64,000 bases of DNA from Anthoceros angustus. Taxonomy: Eukaryota; Plantae; Anthocerotophyta. Below the pieces are notes generated by a model. That model searched no databases. It had not been told where the DNA came from and saw nothing but the letters and a program-made list of their open reading frames with translations. Where the stretch lies: the NCBI GenBank assembly GCA_010909165.1, contig MU008208.1, positions 269,851 to 333,850 on the forward strand, in the 5' to 3' direction. Each line of letters begins with the position of its first letter. Within the stretch, counting starts at the first letter, position 1. Position numbers and translations under genes: made by a program. This document shows, in pieces, positions 47,130 through 59,100 of the stretch.

Positions 47130-47810
47130 TGTGGTCGTGGTGTTCCTCCTTTTGCTCGCCTTCCCTCAACCTGCGCACGCCTTGAGCCCCTCAATGCTCG
47201 CCGAGAAGACTTCCTCCTGGCGCTCGTCTGGAAGGTGCCACAGGCCCGCGCCCTCTCCTTTCCTTCTTCCGCTGCGCACCATTAGGGTTCTTCCTCCTTC
47301 ACCAAGTGTCGGACGGAGATAAGATTCTTCGCCATTTGCGGAACATGTAGCACATCACTTAAAGAAGGGGAGAACCATCTTCAAGAGTAAAAATATGATG
47401 CCGATTGCCGTAGTAAGGCCGGAGTCATCGTGGAAGAACAAAGCGTTGATCTTGGCGGAGATAATCGAGAACATATGGTGATGGCGGATATGCAGGCGGT
47501 GAGTCAATAGCCAAGAGGTCTTGTATTGAAAGCTACCAAGCGGTTGAGGGCAATGTCGGCTGTTTACGCTTGGAGGTCGAGGCCATATTGGCGGACTTGG
47601 AAGGCGTCGAGGCTCACTTTCTTCTTCTGCGGATCGGGCTCCAATGGCACAGAATCGCACCGATTGCAAGTACAGCTTGCTGGAACCACCGAGCTTGGAG
47701 AAGGAAGGACCGAAGGAGCCGGAGGGCGGGTGAAGGTCTCGGTGGAGGAGGCGTCATTCTGTGGTGAGCGTTGGCGGCCTTTGCTAACGAACATAACTCG
47801 TTCACCACCA
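47130..47810 (-). mobile_element. Copia family 1 gag zinc knuckle + protease
   Basis: TCNRCDSV(G)HW...PQKKK; KTSWLL(DS)...DVLHVPQMAKNL. Confidence 0.75.
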
Positions 47811-48059
47811 TGAGTCCGTCACCCCACCGTAGTCCGCTTCGCCTATGTGGCTTTCACGGCGTAGTCCGCCAACCTACCGCCTTTCCCGCTCGTTGCAGGG
47901 GTCATTTTGACCCGCTTTTCCCCGAGATATCCTCTTCGCCTCCCAATATCCTACAACTAGCCCAAGCTTCTCGAAAATTCCCAACATGCCCTCTTCAATC
48001 GTATTAGCCAAAAAAAATCAAACTTGCTTCATCCTCCTTTGGCTGCTCCCAAACTTTTA

Positions 48060-49430
48060 TATTCCACTGTTGAGGCGAAAATCCGAAGATGAGTAATAAG
48101 AGCTTATATCCATGCCGGGACTCAAAGGGTGTCGGCGAGGCGGACTTGGAAGAACCATTATGAGAATCTTGTGATGTAACCGGCCCGGAAGGGTTTGGGG
48201 AGGCGGGCTAGCATGGCGCGGGCCATGGCGGCAGATTGCGTTGGCCTTTTGACCATTACCTTGAGAAGTATAGGGAGCAGTAAGGCGGCGGATAATCCCC
48301 TCTCAAGGCGAAGTCCTTAAATTGCGGTTATTTAATTCTCACGCATTGTCGGATCTAATGCACGAGCTTGCAACGGTTTGCGGCTCGACCATAGTGACAA
48401 AAGGAGTAAAGGAGCCGAAGGAATCACTCTTCAACTTGAGCGGAATAGCAAAGGTATAGCGACTATAGTCATCAACAATAGTCATAAAGTGCGATGCGCC
48501 GCAAGTGAAGGGGGCGGGAGTGGACCACAAAGATCAACATGGACCAACTCCAAGTGAGTAACGGCAGGCGGTAAAGTAGGATAGGGAAGCTCGTTGTTTA
48601 GCATATACAAGGTTCACATAGCAGATGCATGAAAAGTGTGGTAGCTTATCCTAAATAAATCACGCTAGACATCTCTAAAAGCTTATCATGATTAATATGT
48701 CCAAGCCGAGAATGCCATAATAGAGTCACCTTTGCGAGAACTCCCTCTTGCATGATGGCCATTCGGGAGGCTGTCGAGGCATGATCAGCTGATGCGGAGA
48801 AGACATAGAGGTCATGCAGCGGGCGACCTCTAGCAACCATGACCGGGAGCAGCGGATCTTGTGAGGAGGCAATCGCCTCTGCCAAACTCTAGCTGAAAGT
48901 ACCGTCCTTCACCAAGTGTCGGAGATGGAGATAAGATTCTTCGCCATTTGCGGAACATGTAGCACATCACTTAAAGAAGAAGAGAACCATCTTCAAGAGT
49001 AAAAATAGCTTGATGCAGTGCCCGCAATAGTAAGGGTCATCAGGAAGAACAAAGCGTTGATCTTGAGGGGAGATAATCGAGAAAACATATGGTGATGGCG
49101 AATATATGTGAGGCTGAGTCCAATAGCCAAGAGGTCTTGTATTGAAAGCTACCAGCGGTATGAGGGCAATGTCGGCTGTTTACGCTTGGAGGTCGAGGCC
49201 ATATTGGCGGACTTGGAAGGCGTCGAGGCTCACTTTCTTCTTATGCTCGTCGGTGGCACAGAATCGCACCGATTGCAAGTACCGGGCTTGCGGTGGAACC
49301 ACCGAGCTTGGAGAAGGAAGGGCGAGAAGGAGGCGGAGAAGGCGGATGAAAAGTCGTCTATCGGTGGAGGAGGCGTCGGCTGCTGGTGGCGTTGGCGGCC
49401 TTTGCTAACATAACTCGTTCACCACCATGC
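48060..49430 (-). mobile_element. Copia family 1 contiguous gag C-terminus-protease-pre-integrase-integrase
   Basis: CNRCDS knuckle at ~49250-49280; SWLLDS at 49116-49132; VARGRPLHDLY; LWHSRLGH; TIVDDYSRYT; IRSDNA. Confidence 0.85.
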
Positions 49431-49463
49431 TTGAAGTGCGGCGTTGAATCTGGAAGCCTCCTC

Positions 49464-52400
49464 TTGAAGGAGGGCAAGACTGAGGATCAATACAGTCGAA
49501 TCCCAAGTATTCCATGGTTGTTAAGGATCACCGACCAATATTTGGAGGCGGAGTAATTTATCTGCTCACTAGCGAGTGGGTCGCACCCCATCGTGATTGT
49601 ACCAAAGAAGCAGCAGGAAAGGTTCGGCATGCCAAGATTTCGTGAAGCTCAATGAAGCAACGAAGAAGGATCATCACCCTTTGCCTTTCATGGACAAAGG
49701 TGGACACGAGTCGGACATGAGATGTATAGTTTCTGATATATTCGGTACAATCACCGCTAAGGAAGATCGTGACAAGACAACATTCACAACGGATTGGGGA
49801 ACTTACGCTTATTCAAGCTCCTTCGGGTTGTGCAATGCCCCGCCACTTTCCAATGGTGGTGAACGCGATATTCGAGATTTTCCGAGAAGTTCATGGAGGT
49901 ATTCCTAGATGATTTGCGTGTTTGGGAGAGACCGTGATCTAGACATTTGAGACACAAGTCGAAGCCGTTGTGATTCAAGCACTACATGGATATGGCGAGA
50001 GCGTAATTGGGCACTCGACTTAAAGCAGTTAGAACAGATGGCAAGGTGAATTTGTATCAGGTTCCTTTACACAGCTTTGTATATCGAAGGGCATATTGAT
50101 GCAGAGGAGTGTACCTTATTCCCAGGCGCAAAATGGGGTAGCTGAGCGGTGTCATCAATGGCTTGTTGAGGCTACTCGCTCAATGCTTCATAGTGCAAAT
50201 TTCCCCAAGGTCTATTGGGTAGAGGCGATCTCTGCAGCCACTTACTTGAAAAATCGCCTCCCCACTTCTGTCACGATACCGAAGGTGAGCTTAAGGCTGG
50301 ATAAACCATGTGAAACAATTATCCTCTAAATATGATTAGTTTAGGATAATGCCGTTTAAACGCTGACAATTAGTGACCGCTAAACGGTAATTAGTAAACA
50401 CCAAACGACAACTAGAGGACGCGAATCAAGGCACGCTTGCAGCTGCCTTGTTGAAACCCGTGGGCTCATATCAAAAGTGTGAGCCCAACCGAACGATCAT
50501 GACTCAGAGAGGCAAGCCCACACGCGGTGTTGGCCTTGACCATGGCCGCCATGCTAAACCACGGAGATGGAGGCGGAGGCGGCTAGTTGTCGAATCGTGC
50601 CAAGGAGAGTGCTGCAGCTATCTTAGAAACTCAAGTGCTTTTTGTTGTTCCGGCCAGATTGGGCTCAAGGGTTGCAAGGATTGATTGTCGGGGAGGTTGC
50701 AAGACCTGTTATAGTACATGGCGGTCCACCGGTAGGGCGGCGGGGTTCGACCATGGGACATAGGTAGCCGGGACAGCAGGGGTTGTCCCGGCCATGGTAC
50801 ATGGCGGTCCACGGGGCTGCGGGGTATCCCATGGGACATGGCGATCCAATGGGGCTGCCGGGTATCCGCCATGGGACATGGCGATCCAGGACAGCCGAGA
50901 TTGGGCCAGCCATGGGACATTGCGGTCCACGGATTGCCGGGTGGGGCAAATCATGACCACCGACCGTCAAGACACAAGAACTAAGTCGCATGCAAAGAAT
51001 GTGAACTCGATGTATGCTTGCTTTTATATACGTTTGGTTAGGCATTTTCATTAACCAAGGACATGAAAACATATCCTTTATTTTGATTGGCCCATAGTCC
51101 AAGGATTCATTTCCTTTAAATACTAGTTATAGGAAATAGATCCGTTATGAGCGGATAACTAGGTAGGCTAGACAAAGCGTTTTGTAGGAGGGTAGGATAT
51201 TACAGTGAGGTTCATCAAGGATTTCGCTAAGAAGGCCTTGTTGACACAATTGACCAAGAAGGATACACCTTCGAATGGACCAATGCAAGATGAGGCTTTT
51301 CAAAGGATGCTTAGTGAGCGCACCAACGCTAACCGCCGATTGGGAGAAACCGCTTCATGTATACGGATGTGTCCGCTATGCCATTGGGACCGCTTGGGAA
51401 GGATGAGAAGAAACGGATCATCCGATTTTCTATGCAGAGACAACGATGCCGAAAAGAACTACTCAACCACGGAGCGGAGGGTCTTGGTATCATTTACTCG
51501 TAAGAAGTTTAGACACTATCCGCTTGCTTGCAAGGTGACGCTTCATGTTGACCATTTTATGCTGAAGTACCTTGTCAAGCCGATTTGTCGTGAAGGATTG
51601 CCGATGGGTACTACCGCTGCAAGAATTTGACTACGACGTAGAAACTAGGCTGTGGAAGCAAGATCAAAATGCTGATTTTATTTCTCGAAAACCGGAGAGC
51701 GACTTGAGGCCAGCAGACCGATTTCCGACGAGGAGTTGCCACCCTGGGTCAAGGGGAGGACGTGATGTTGTAGACGGCCTAAGAATTGATCAGCAAGTCT
51801 TGTTGCCAGGCCAAATGAGCAAGAAGGGAGCGCGGCAGTGAAAAGTCAGCAGGACAACTGGAACCGAGGAGATAGGATGGCGCCAAGATGGGCGAGGAGG
51901 AGGCGAATGCCTCAAGGGTGAGCATGAGGGCTGCAAGTGGAGGCCACGAGTTGGCAAAAGGAAGGAGGTGCATCCCATGACAAGCTTTGAAGAAAACTGC
52001 AGGAGAAGGAGATGGGATTCATGGGAAATCACCCAAGAGGACATGGAGGTGCAGGAGGTCGCCATGGGAGCACGAGCTGGACCTAGTCACGAGGCTAGGC
52101 CACCGAATGGAAAGATCAGCCCCATTGTGAGGAGGAGTGCAAACGCGCAGCCAAGGAACGTGAAGATGAAGCAAGGCGATGGATTTGTAGATGGATCCAC
52201 GCCACTGGGCTACGGGACGGAGGAGGCACCGGAAGGAGGAGATTAGAACGTGAGGGGCGTTCATGCCCAAGATATTCTGAACGGTGAAGTACGCAAGTTC
52301 GGAGCATGGAATCATGCCCGATGGTTTGTCCAGGGAAGGGCGGGCTGTTTCCATAAAGCCGCCCCTATTGCTAAGGAAGGCATCTATACAAGCTTGGGCC

Positions 52401-53640
52401 GGACGAGAAGATCCGAGATGTCGGTTGAAGAGGTCTGCCACGGAGGCGCTACATGCAAGAGGTGGACACTATTCGCAGTGACCGTTAAGAAGATTTTGAA
52501 TGCGTGGTTCGTGGGCTACGATGCAAAAGGATGTGGGAGTTCACCGAGGTGTGATGCGTGTCGAGGGTTGGGCGGCCTATTTGTACACAATGGCCTCACC
52601 TACATCTTACCGCTAGCACCATTCGAGAAGTGGGAATCGATTTCAGATCAATCAAACCACCAACGCAATGGACGAAGAAGCAAAGACATTTTGGTGGCTA
52701 CGGATTATTGCACAAGATGGTGGAGGCAAGCGAGGAAGGACGACGACCGCTGGGCAAAGTTTTTATTCGAGAACATCATAACGGTACGGTGTCCTTTAGA
52801 GTTGGTCAGACCGGGGACACATTTCCTCAACTCGCCGTTGAGTCCCTAACCACCTACTTCAACATTCGATCGAAGACGACTACAACCCCAAGGCGAACGG
52901 ATTGACGAGAAGAAACGGGTTGCTGCACAATCCTCACCAAGGTAATCGTAACACATGTATGATTGGGATGCTAAGTTGCATTCAAGATGTGGTGATCTGG
53001 AGAAGGTAACCACCAAGAAGACCCTTATTATCTAACGATGGCATGTCGTGATGCCCGTGGAATTTGAAGTACCATGTGATCATGGAGGATGAACATGACC
53101 GAGAGGATAGCTAGACTAGAATCGCTCATAGAGCAGGAGGAACGAGGGAAGATGCTTTAGAGGAAACCCAGCAATCTGTGGAACTGAAAGACCGCATGAT
53201 GGGAGTTGAGGAAGGTGAGGCTATCGTGGACGGGATTTTGGTTCTTCTATATGATAGTACCTAGACTTTCCAGGAAGCTTAGAGATGGATGGGACCTACG
53301 AGGTAGCAGATATGAGAATGGATCCGCAACCCGGGCGGAATTGCCACCGAGTGGGTGGAAGGTTAAGAAGTACCTTCAACTGGTAGTTGTTTGCAGGACG
53401 CAAACAGTGAGGAGGGAGTATGTGGAACGCAAAAGTTTGGGCAACCAAATCAAAAGAGCGAAAACAAGTTTGATTTTTTTGGCTAAAAACGATTGAAGAG
53501 GAGCATGCCAGAAATTTTCTCGAGAATCTTGAAGCGAGTTGTAGGATATTGTTAGGAAGGAAGAGGATATCCCAGAAGAAGAACGGGTCAAACGACCCGT
53601 GCGGTGAGGGCACCGAAAGGTTGGTAGGTCAGCACCATGA
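49464..53640 (+). CDS. pol: Gypsy pol (RT part, RNase H, integrase), frameshifted and interrupted
   Basis: PIVIVPKK...CQDFVKLNEATKKDHHPLPFMD; DKTTFTTDWGTYAY...FGLCNAP; EVFLDD at 49896-49913; RNase H DAEKNYSTTER...KFRHY...HVDH...WVL.LQEFDY; integrase LHARGGHYS...RCDAC, PFEKWGID, ILVATDYCTRW, GTHFLN. Confidence 0.9.
49960..50290 (+). mobile_element. Copia family 3 integrase core fragment
   Basis: KAVRTDG...QRSVPYSQAQNGVAERCHQWLVEATRSMLHSANFPKVYWVEAISAATYLKNRLPT. Confidence 0.85.
50705..50960. repeat. GC-rich degenerate minisatellite, ~37-41-bp units x6-7
   Basis: Units begin catgg(g/t)acat(g/t)gcg(g/a)tcca. Confidence 0.8.
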
Positions 53641-53841
53641 GGTCGCCACACCACGCCTAGGTGAAAAGGAGCGTATCACGTAAGTCGCATCACTACCGTA
53701 GGTGACGAATCTCAAAAAGGAAATTAGAATAGAGGGGATATCCACTATATATGCTCACCAATAGGGAATAAATATATAGAGTAATTAGGATTAATTAGGA
53801 TAGCAGAATAAAAATAGTTTAGATAGGATTAGGATTTTGGA

Positions 53842-56154
53842 ATGATGAACCAATCTAGGGTTGCCTCCGGTGGCCATCCAAAGAGGGCAAAGTGCTTTGG
53901 CTTCTCCACTTCACAAGAGACTGAGCCGGAGCGAAGAAGCAAGGAAGGAAGACCATCGCCGCGAGAAGAGAGCCGCGCCACCGCGAGCAAGCCGAGTGGC
54001 GCGAAGGCATCGAGAGGAGACCAACCGCGAGGCGAGCGGAGGGAAAAGCGCGGAGTGCCGCGAACCAGGGGAGCCACACGCCCGGCCACGGAGAGGAGTC
54101 GGAGCGAAGCGCGGGAGCACCAAGGTGCGAAGGTGAATTGAGCGTGAGGAGCGCTGACACCGGGCGTGGCCCCGCCGAAGAAGGACAACAGGGGGTTGGC
54201 AGAACAACGTGCCGTGGCTAACGTGTATTGCAGTGAAGTGTTGCTACAAGAAGGAGTGTTTGTGGAAGCAGCAAATTGGAAGTAATTCTCCTTTGAAGCA
54301 CTTGGAGGAAGGCCATGCCTCGAGAGGAAAAGGCAAGGGAAGGAGCCACCAAAGGCCTCCTAAGGAGGAAAGGAAAGAAGGCAGCAGAGTCCGCGCCAGA
54401 GGGAGGTGAGCTGATGCCCCAATTCACTTGCTTTGCAGCTCAACCCCGTGATTTGGTTGATTTTCAAGGCGGCGAGGAGGATAACATCCAATTGGGATGG
54501 TGGCCGCCAATGGGGCCTACACCAATTTGGAATTGATTGAGGAGTGTCATCAATCCATCGGAGGCCTGCCGCACGAAGGAATGCTCGAACGGATCCTCAC
54601 CGGACCGAAGGAGCATTCGACAGTGTATGGAGACCGGAGGAGGAGAGCTCGAATTGCTCTCCTCGAAAGGTCGAATGGAGGAAGAGGACGCCCTCCGACA
54701 TTCCGCAAGAGTCCTCGACATGATGGACGGAGGAGTGAAGGCCACGCCAAGAATGGCTGGAATGAGAGCATCAAGGAGTCAAGTGGAGGCTCTTCGCAAG
54801 ATTGTGCTGGGGTTGGAATTACCAAGGACTTTATTTCAAAGCACCAACTTCCTCCAATTTTTGTGGAAGATTTCCATGGGAGCCAAGCCGATTGGGGCAC
54901 CATCATGTATGAGGCCTACATCCACCACCGAGAAGCTCCTCAAGCCAAATTCGTGGATGAGGAAGGGCCAAGGCTGCTACCTTAGCACCTATTTGGTGCA
55001 TTTGTGGAAACGGAGGACTTCTCACAAGCAAGGAGTTGGAAGATGCTTGGCATCCTTGAGATAATCCATCTCCAGCCAAGCTTGGAAAGGCCTTTGCCTT
55101 TGCATTGAGGAAGAGGGAGGTCGACTCCACAAGCATGCTAGAAGCAAGAGGAGGATGGAGGCAACAAGGTTGCCGAGTGGGCTTTTCCCCAGAGCAAGGA
55201 GAGGAGAGGAACAGAACCGCCGAGGAAGGCCGAATGGTAGTCTATGAGAGGAGGACTACCACAGGAGGGGTGATGCCCAAGGGTGGGGAGTCCCACCATC
55301 TCCTTTGTGCCTAGAGAGGCACCCGCACCACCCCAGAGGGGAGGCACCACCCAGGGGTAAGACCACCGTAGGAGTCACCACCAGGTAGGCGACTCACTGG
55401 GGAGCAGAAGAGGGTGCACCCCACGCCAGAGAAAGCAGCCGGGTAGGGAAGGGGAAGGAGAAGCAAGAGCGCGCGGCGCCGAGGCCACCACCACCGCTGG
55501 GAGGAAGAGCGGATGGAGCGACGTGAGGGACCACGCCGCGGATGGCCCGGATGCAAGGGAGCTGGAAATTTGCAAGAAGAACAAAGGTGGAATTAGGACC
55601 CTAGGAGAATTGCCGAGTGCTTGTGAAGCACTCACCATGTGGATTTGAAGGGGCTAGGAGCTAGCAGCCTCCTTGTGGGCATGCCAAGAGGAAGTGAAAG
55701 CCCAAGACATGGCGGAGAGGAAGGCAGGACTAAATGGCAATTGGAGGCCATGGAGTCCGGAGAAGGCAGCCGTTGAAAAGGTCAGAGAAGCTCCAATGTG
55801 GATCAGAGCTGAGAAGGTCCCGAGGGAAGGTTGTCACAAGAAGAGAGCCATTCGGCAACAACCCAAAGGATTGGAGGCAAGAGGAGCATTTTGCCCAATT
55901 AGAGCAAGAAGAAGGGCAAAACGAGGCTCTAGGAAGGAGAAGGTGGCGTCCAAGAATGGACCAAGAGCAGTGTGATGGCTACCAAGCCATCAAGATCCGG
56001 ACATGGAAGAGAATTGAAGGACCCAATTTGGAAGAGAAGCGCTGAGCTAAAGCTCAAGAAAAGACAAGAGAGGAGCGAGGGAAGTGGAGGAAGAGACTTG
56101 CCAAGCAATGGTGGAACAAAGGAGGTTCCAGAGGAGGAGCACCACAAGAAGGTG
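53842..56154 (+). CDS. Gypsy extra 3' ORF (most continuous copy, frameshifted, 3'-truncated at the fold-back)
   Basis: Follows integrase and the spacer on the same strand and contains all eORF blocks in order, from EEDNIQLGW to the coiled-coil EEHFAQLEQE region. Confidence 0.7.
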
Positions 56155-56176
56155 TTCCTCACCACCCGGCATCCAT

Positions 56177-59100
56177 GCACCACTTTCTTGTGGTGCTCCT
56201 CCTCTGGGACCTCCTTTCCAAGTCCTCTAGTTGCAAGCCCCTCCTCTCACTTGCCAAGCATCTTCTCGCTCCGGCTCACCCAATTCTTGGTCTTGTCCTC
56301 CAGCGCTTCTCCTCCCATTATCACGGGTCCTCAACTCTTCCTTCCATGTCCGGATCTTGATGGCTTGGTAGCCATCACTCTCTGGCGTCCATTTCTTTGG
56401 ACCGCTACCTTCTCCTTCCTAGAGCCTCTGTTTTGCCCTTCCTCTTGCTCTAATTGGGCAAAATGCTCCTCATATAGCCTCCAAGTCCCTTTGGGTTGTT
56501 GGAATGGCTCTCTCCTCTTGCGACAACCTCCCTCAAGACCTTCTCGCCGTTGATCCACAAGGTCGGCTGGAGCTCTCTGACCTTTTCCACTTGGCTGCCT
56601 TCTCGTCGGACTCCATGGCCTCCAATTGCCATTTGGTCTGCCTTCCTCTCGGTCATCTTGGGCCTTGACTTCCTCGACATGCCCACAAGGAGGCTGCTAG
56701 TTCCTAGCCCCTTCAAATCCACTGAGTGCTTCACAAGCACCCAATTCTCCTAGGGTCCTAATTCCACCTTCTTCTTCTTTGGAAATCTCCAGCTCCCTTG
56801 CCTCAGCGGGCCATCGTGGTCCTCATTGCCCCATCCTCTCCCCAGCGGAGATGGTGGCTGCGCCCTGCGCCTCATTCTTCTCCTTCCCTTCCTACCATGG
56901 TGTGCAGCGTGGGTGTGCACTCCCCTGTGATACCTCTCTGCGGTAGTGCCTACCTACCATGGTGGTGGCCCTACCTGATAGTCGCCACCCTGGGTGCTCC
57001 TCTGGGGTGGGGTGGGTGCCTCTTCCCTAGGCACAAAGGAGATGGTGGGGACTCCCCCACCTTGGCCATGGTCCTTCTCATAGACTACCATTGGCCTCCT
57101 TGGCATCTTGCTCTTCTCCTCCTCCTTGCTCTTGTGGGAAAAGCCTCCCACTAACCTTGTTGCCTCCACTTCCCTCCGCCCTCTAGCATCTTGTGGAGTC
57201 GACCTCCCAGTCTTCCTCAATGCAAAGGCAAGGCCTTTCCAAGCTTGGCTGGAGATGGATGACCTCAAAGGATGCCATGCATCTTCAAGCTCCTTGCTTG
57301 TGAAGTCCCTCGGTTTCCACAAATGCACCAAATAGGTGCTAAGATAGCAGAGCCTTGGCCTTCCTCATCCACCAATTTGGCTTGAGCTTCTCCTGGTGGA
57401 TGTAGGCCTCATACATGATAGTCCCCAATCGGCTTGGCTCCCATGGAAATCTTCCACAAAATTGGAGGAAGTTGGTGCTGAAATAAGAGGTCCGTTGGTA
57501 ATTTACCAACCCACAATCTTTGAAGAGCCTCCACTTGACTCCTTGATGCTCTCGGTCTTCCGATTCTTGGCGTGGGCCTTCACTCCTCCATCCATCATGT
57601 CGGAACTCTGCGGAATTTCGGAGGGTCCTCTTCCTCCATTCGTCCTTCGAGGAGCAATTCGAGCTCTCCTCCTCGGTCTTCCCACACCGAATACTTGTCC
57701 CGTGGCGGATCGGTCGCATTCCTTCCGCTGTGGCAGGGGCCTTCCGATTGATGGAGGTTGATGTAACACTCCTCAATCAATTCCAAATTGGTGTAGGCCC
57801 ATTGGCGGCCACCATCCCAATTGGATGTTATCCTCCTCGCCGCCTTGAAAATCAACCAAATCACGGGGTTGAGCTGCAAAGCAAGTGAATTGGGGCATCA
57901 GCTCACCTCCCTCTGGCGCGGACTCTGCTGCCTTCTTTCCTTTCCTCCTTAGGAGGCCTTTGGTGGCTCCTTCCCTTGCCTTTTCCTCTCGAGGCATGGC
58001 CTTCCTCCAAGTGCTTCAAAGGAGAATTACTTCCAATTTGCTGCTTCCACAAACACTCCTTCTTGTAGCAACACTTCACTGCAATACACGTTAGCCACGG
58101 CACGTTGTTCTGCCAACCCCCTGTTGTCCTTCTTCGGCGGGGCCACGCCCGGTGTCAGCGCTCCTCACGCTCAATTCACCTTCGCACCTTGGTGCTCCCG
58201 CGCTTCGCTCCGACTCCTCTCCGTGGCCGGGCGTGTGGCTCCCCTGGTTCGCGGCACTCCGCGCTTTTCCCTCCGCTCGCCTCGCGGTTGGTCTCCTCTC
58301 GATGCCTTCGCGCCACTCGGCTTGCTCGCGGTGGCGCGGCTCTCTTCTCGCGGCGATGGTCTTCCTTCCTTGCTTCTTCGCTCCGGCTCAGTCTCTTGTG
58401 AAGTGGAGAAGCCAAAGCACTTTGCCCTCTTTGGATGGCCACCGGAGGCAACCCTAGATTGGTTCATCATTCCAAAATCCTAATCCTATCTAAACTATTT
58501 TTATTCTGCTATCCTAATTAATCCTAATTACTCTATATATTTATTCCCTATTGGTGAGCATATATAGTGGATATCCCCTCTATTCTAATTTCCTTTTTGA
58601 GATTCGTCACCTACGGTAGTGATGCGACTTACGTGATACGCTCCTTTTCACCTAGGCGTGGTGTGGCGACCTCATGGTGCTGACCTACCAACCTTTCGGT
58701 GCCCTCACCGCACGGGTCGTTTTGACCCGTTCTTCTTCTGGGATATCCTCTTCCTTCCTAACAATATCCTACAACTCGCTTCAAGATTCTCGAGAAAATT
58801 TCTGGCATGCTCCTCTTCAATCGTTTTAGCCAAAAAAATCAAACTTGTTTTCGCTCTTTTGATTTGGTTGCCCAAACTTTTGCGTTCCACATACTCCCTC
58901 CTCACTGTTTGCGTCCTGCAAACAACTACCAGTTGAAGGTACTTCTTAACCTTCCACCCACTCGGTGGCAATTCCGCCCGGGTTGCGGATCCATTCTCAT
59001 ATCTGCTACCTCGTAGGTCCCATCCATCTCTAAGCTTCCTGGAAAGTCTAGGTACTATCATATAGAAGAACCAAATCCCGTCCACGATAGCCTCACCTTC

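Noticed and set aside
51700-52250. Additional archaeal-type RNase H (Tat/Ogre hallmark) between RNase H and integrase
   Set aside because: The linker is low-complexity and charged, and I could not find aRH catalytic motifs in any frame.
53829-54207. Arg/Ser/Pro-rich ORFs on both strands (also 58105-58483 and many others in 5600-14100 and 39000-44800)
   Set aside because: They are antisense or off-frame readings of purine-rich retroelement sequence, with no independent protein features.
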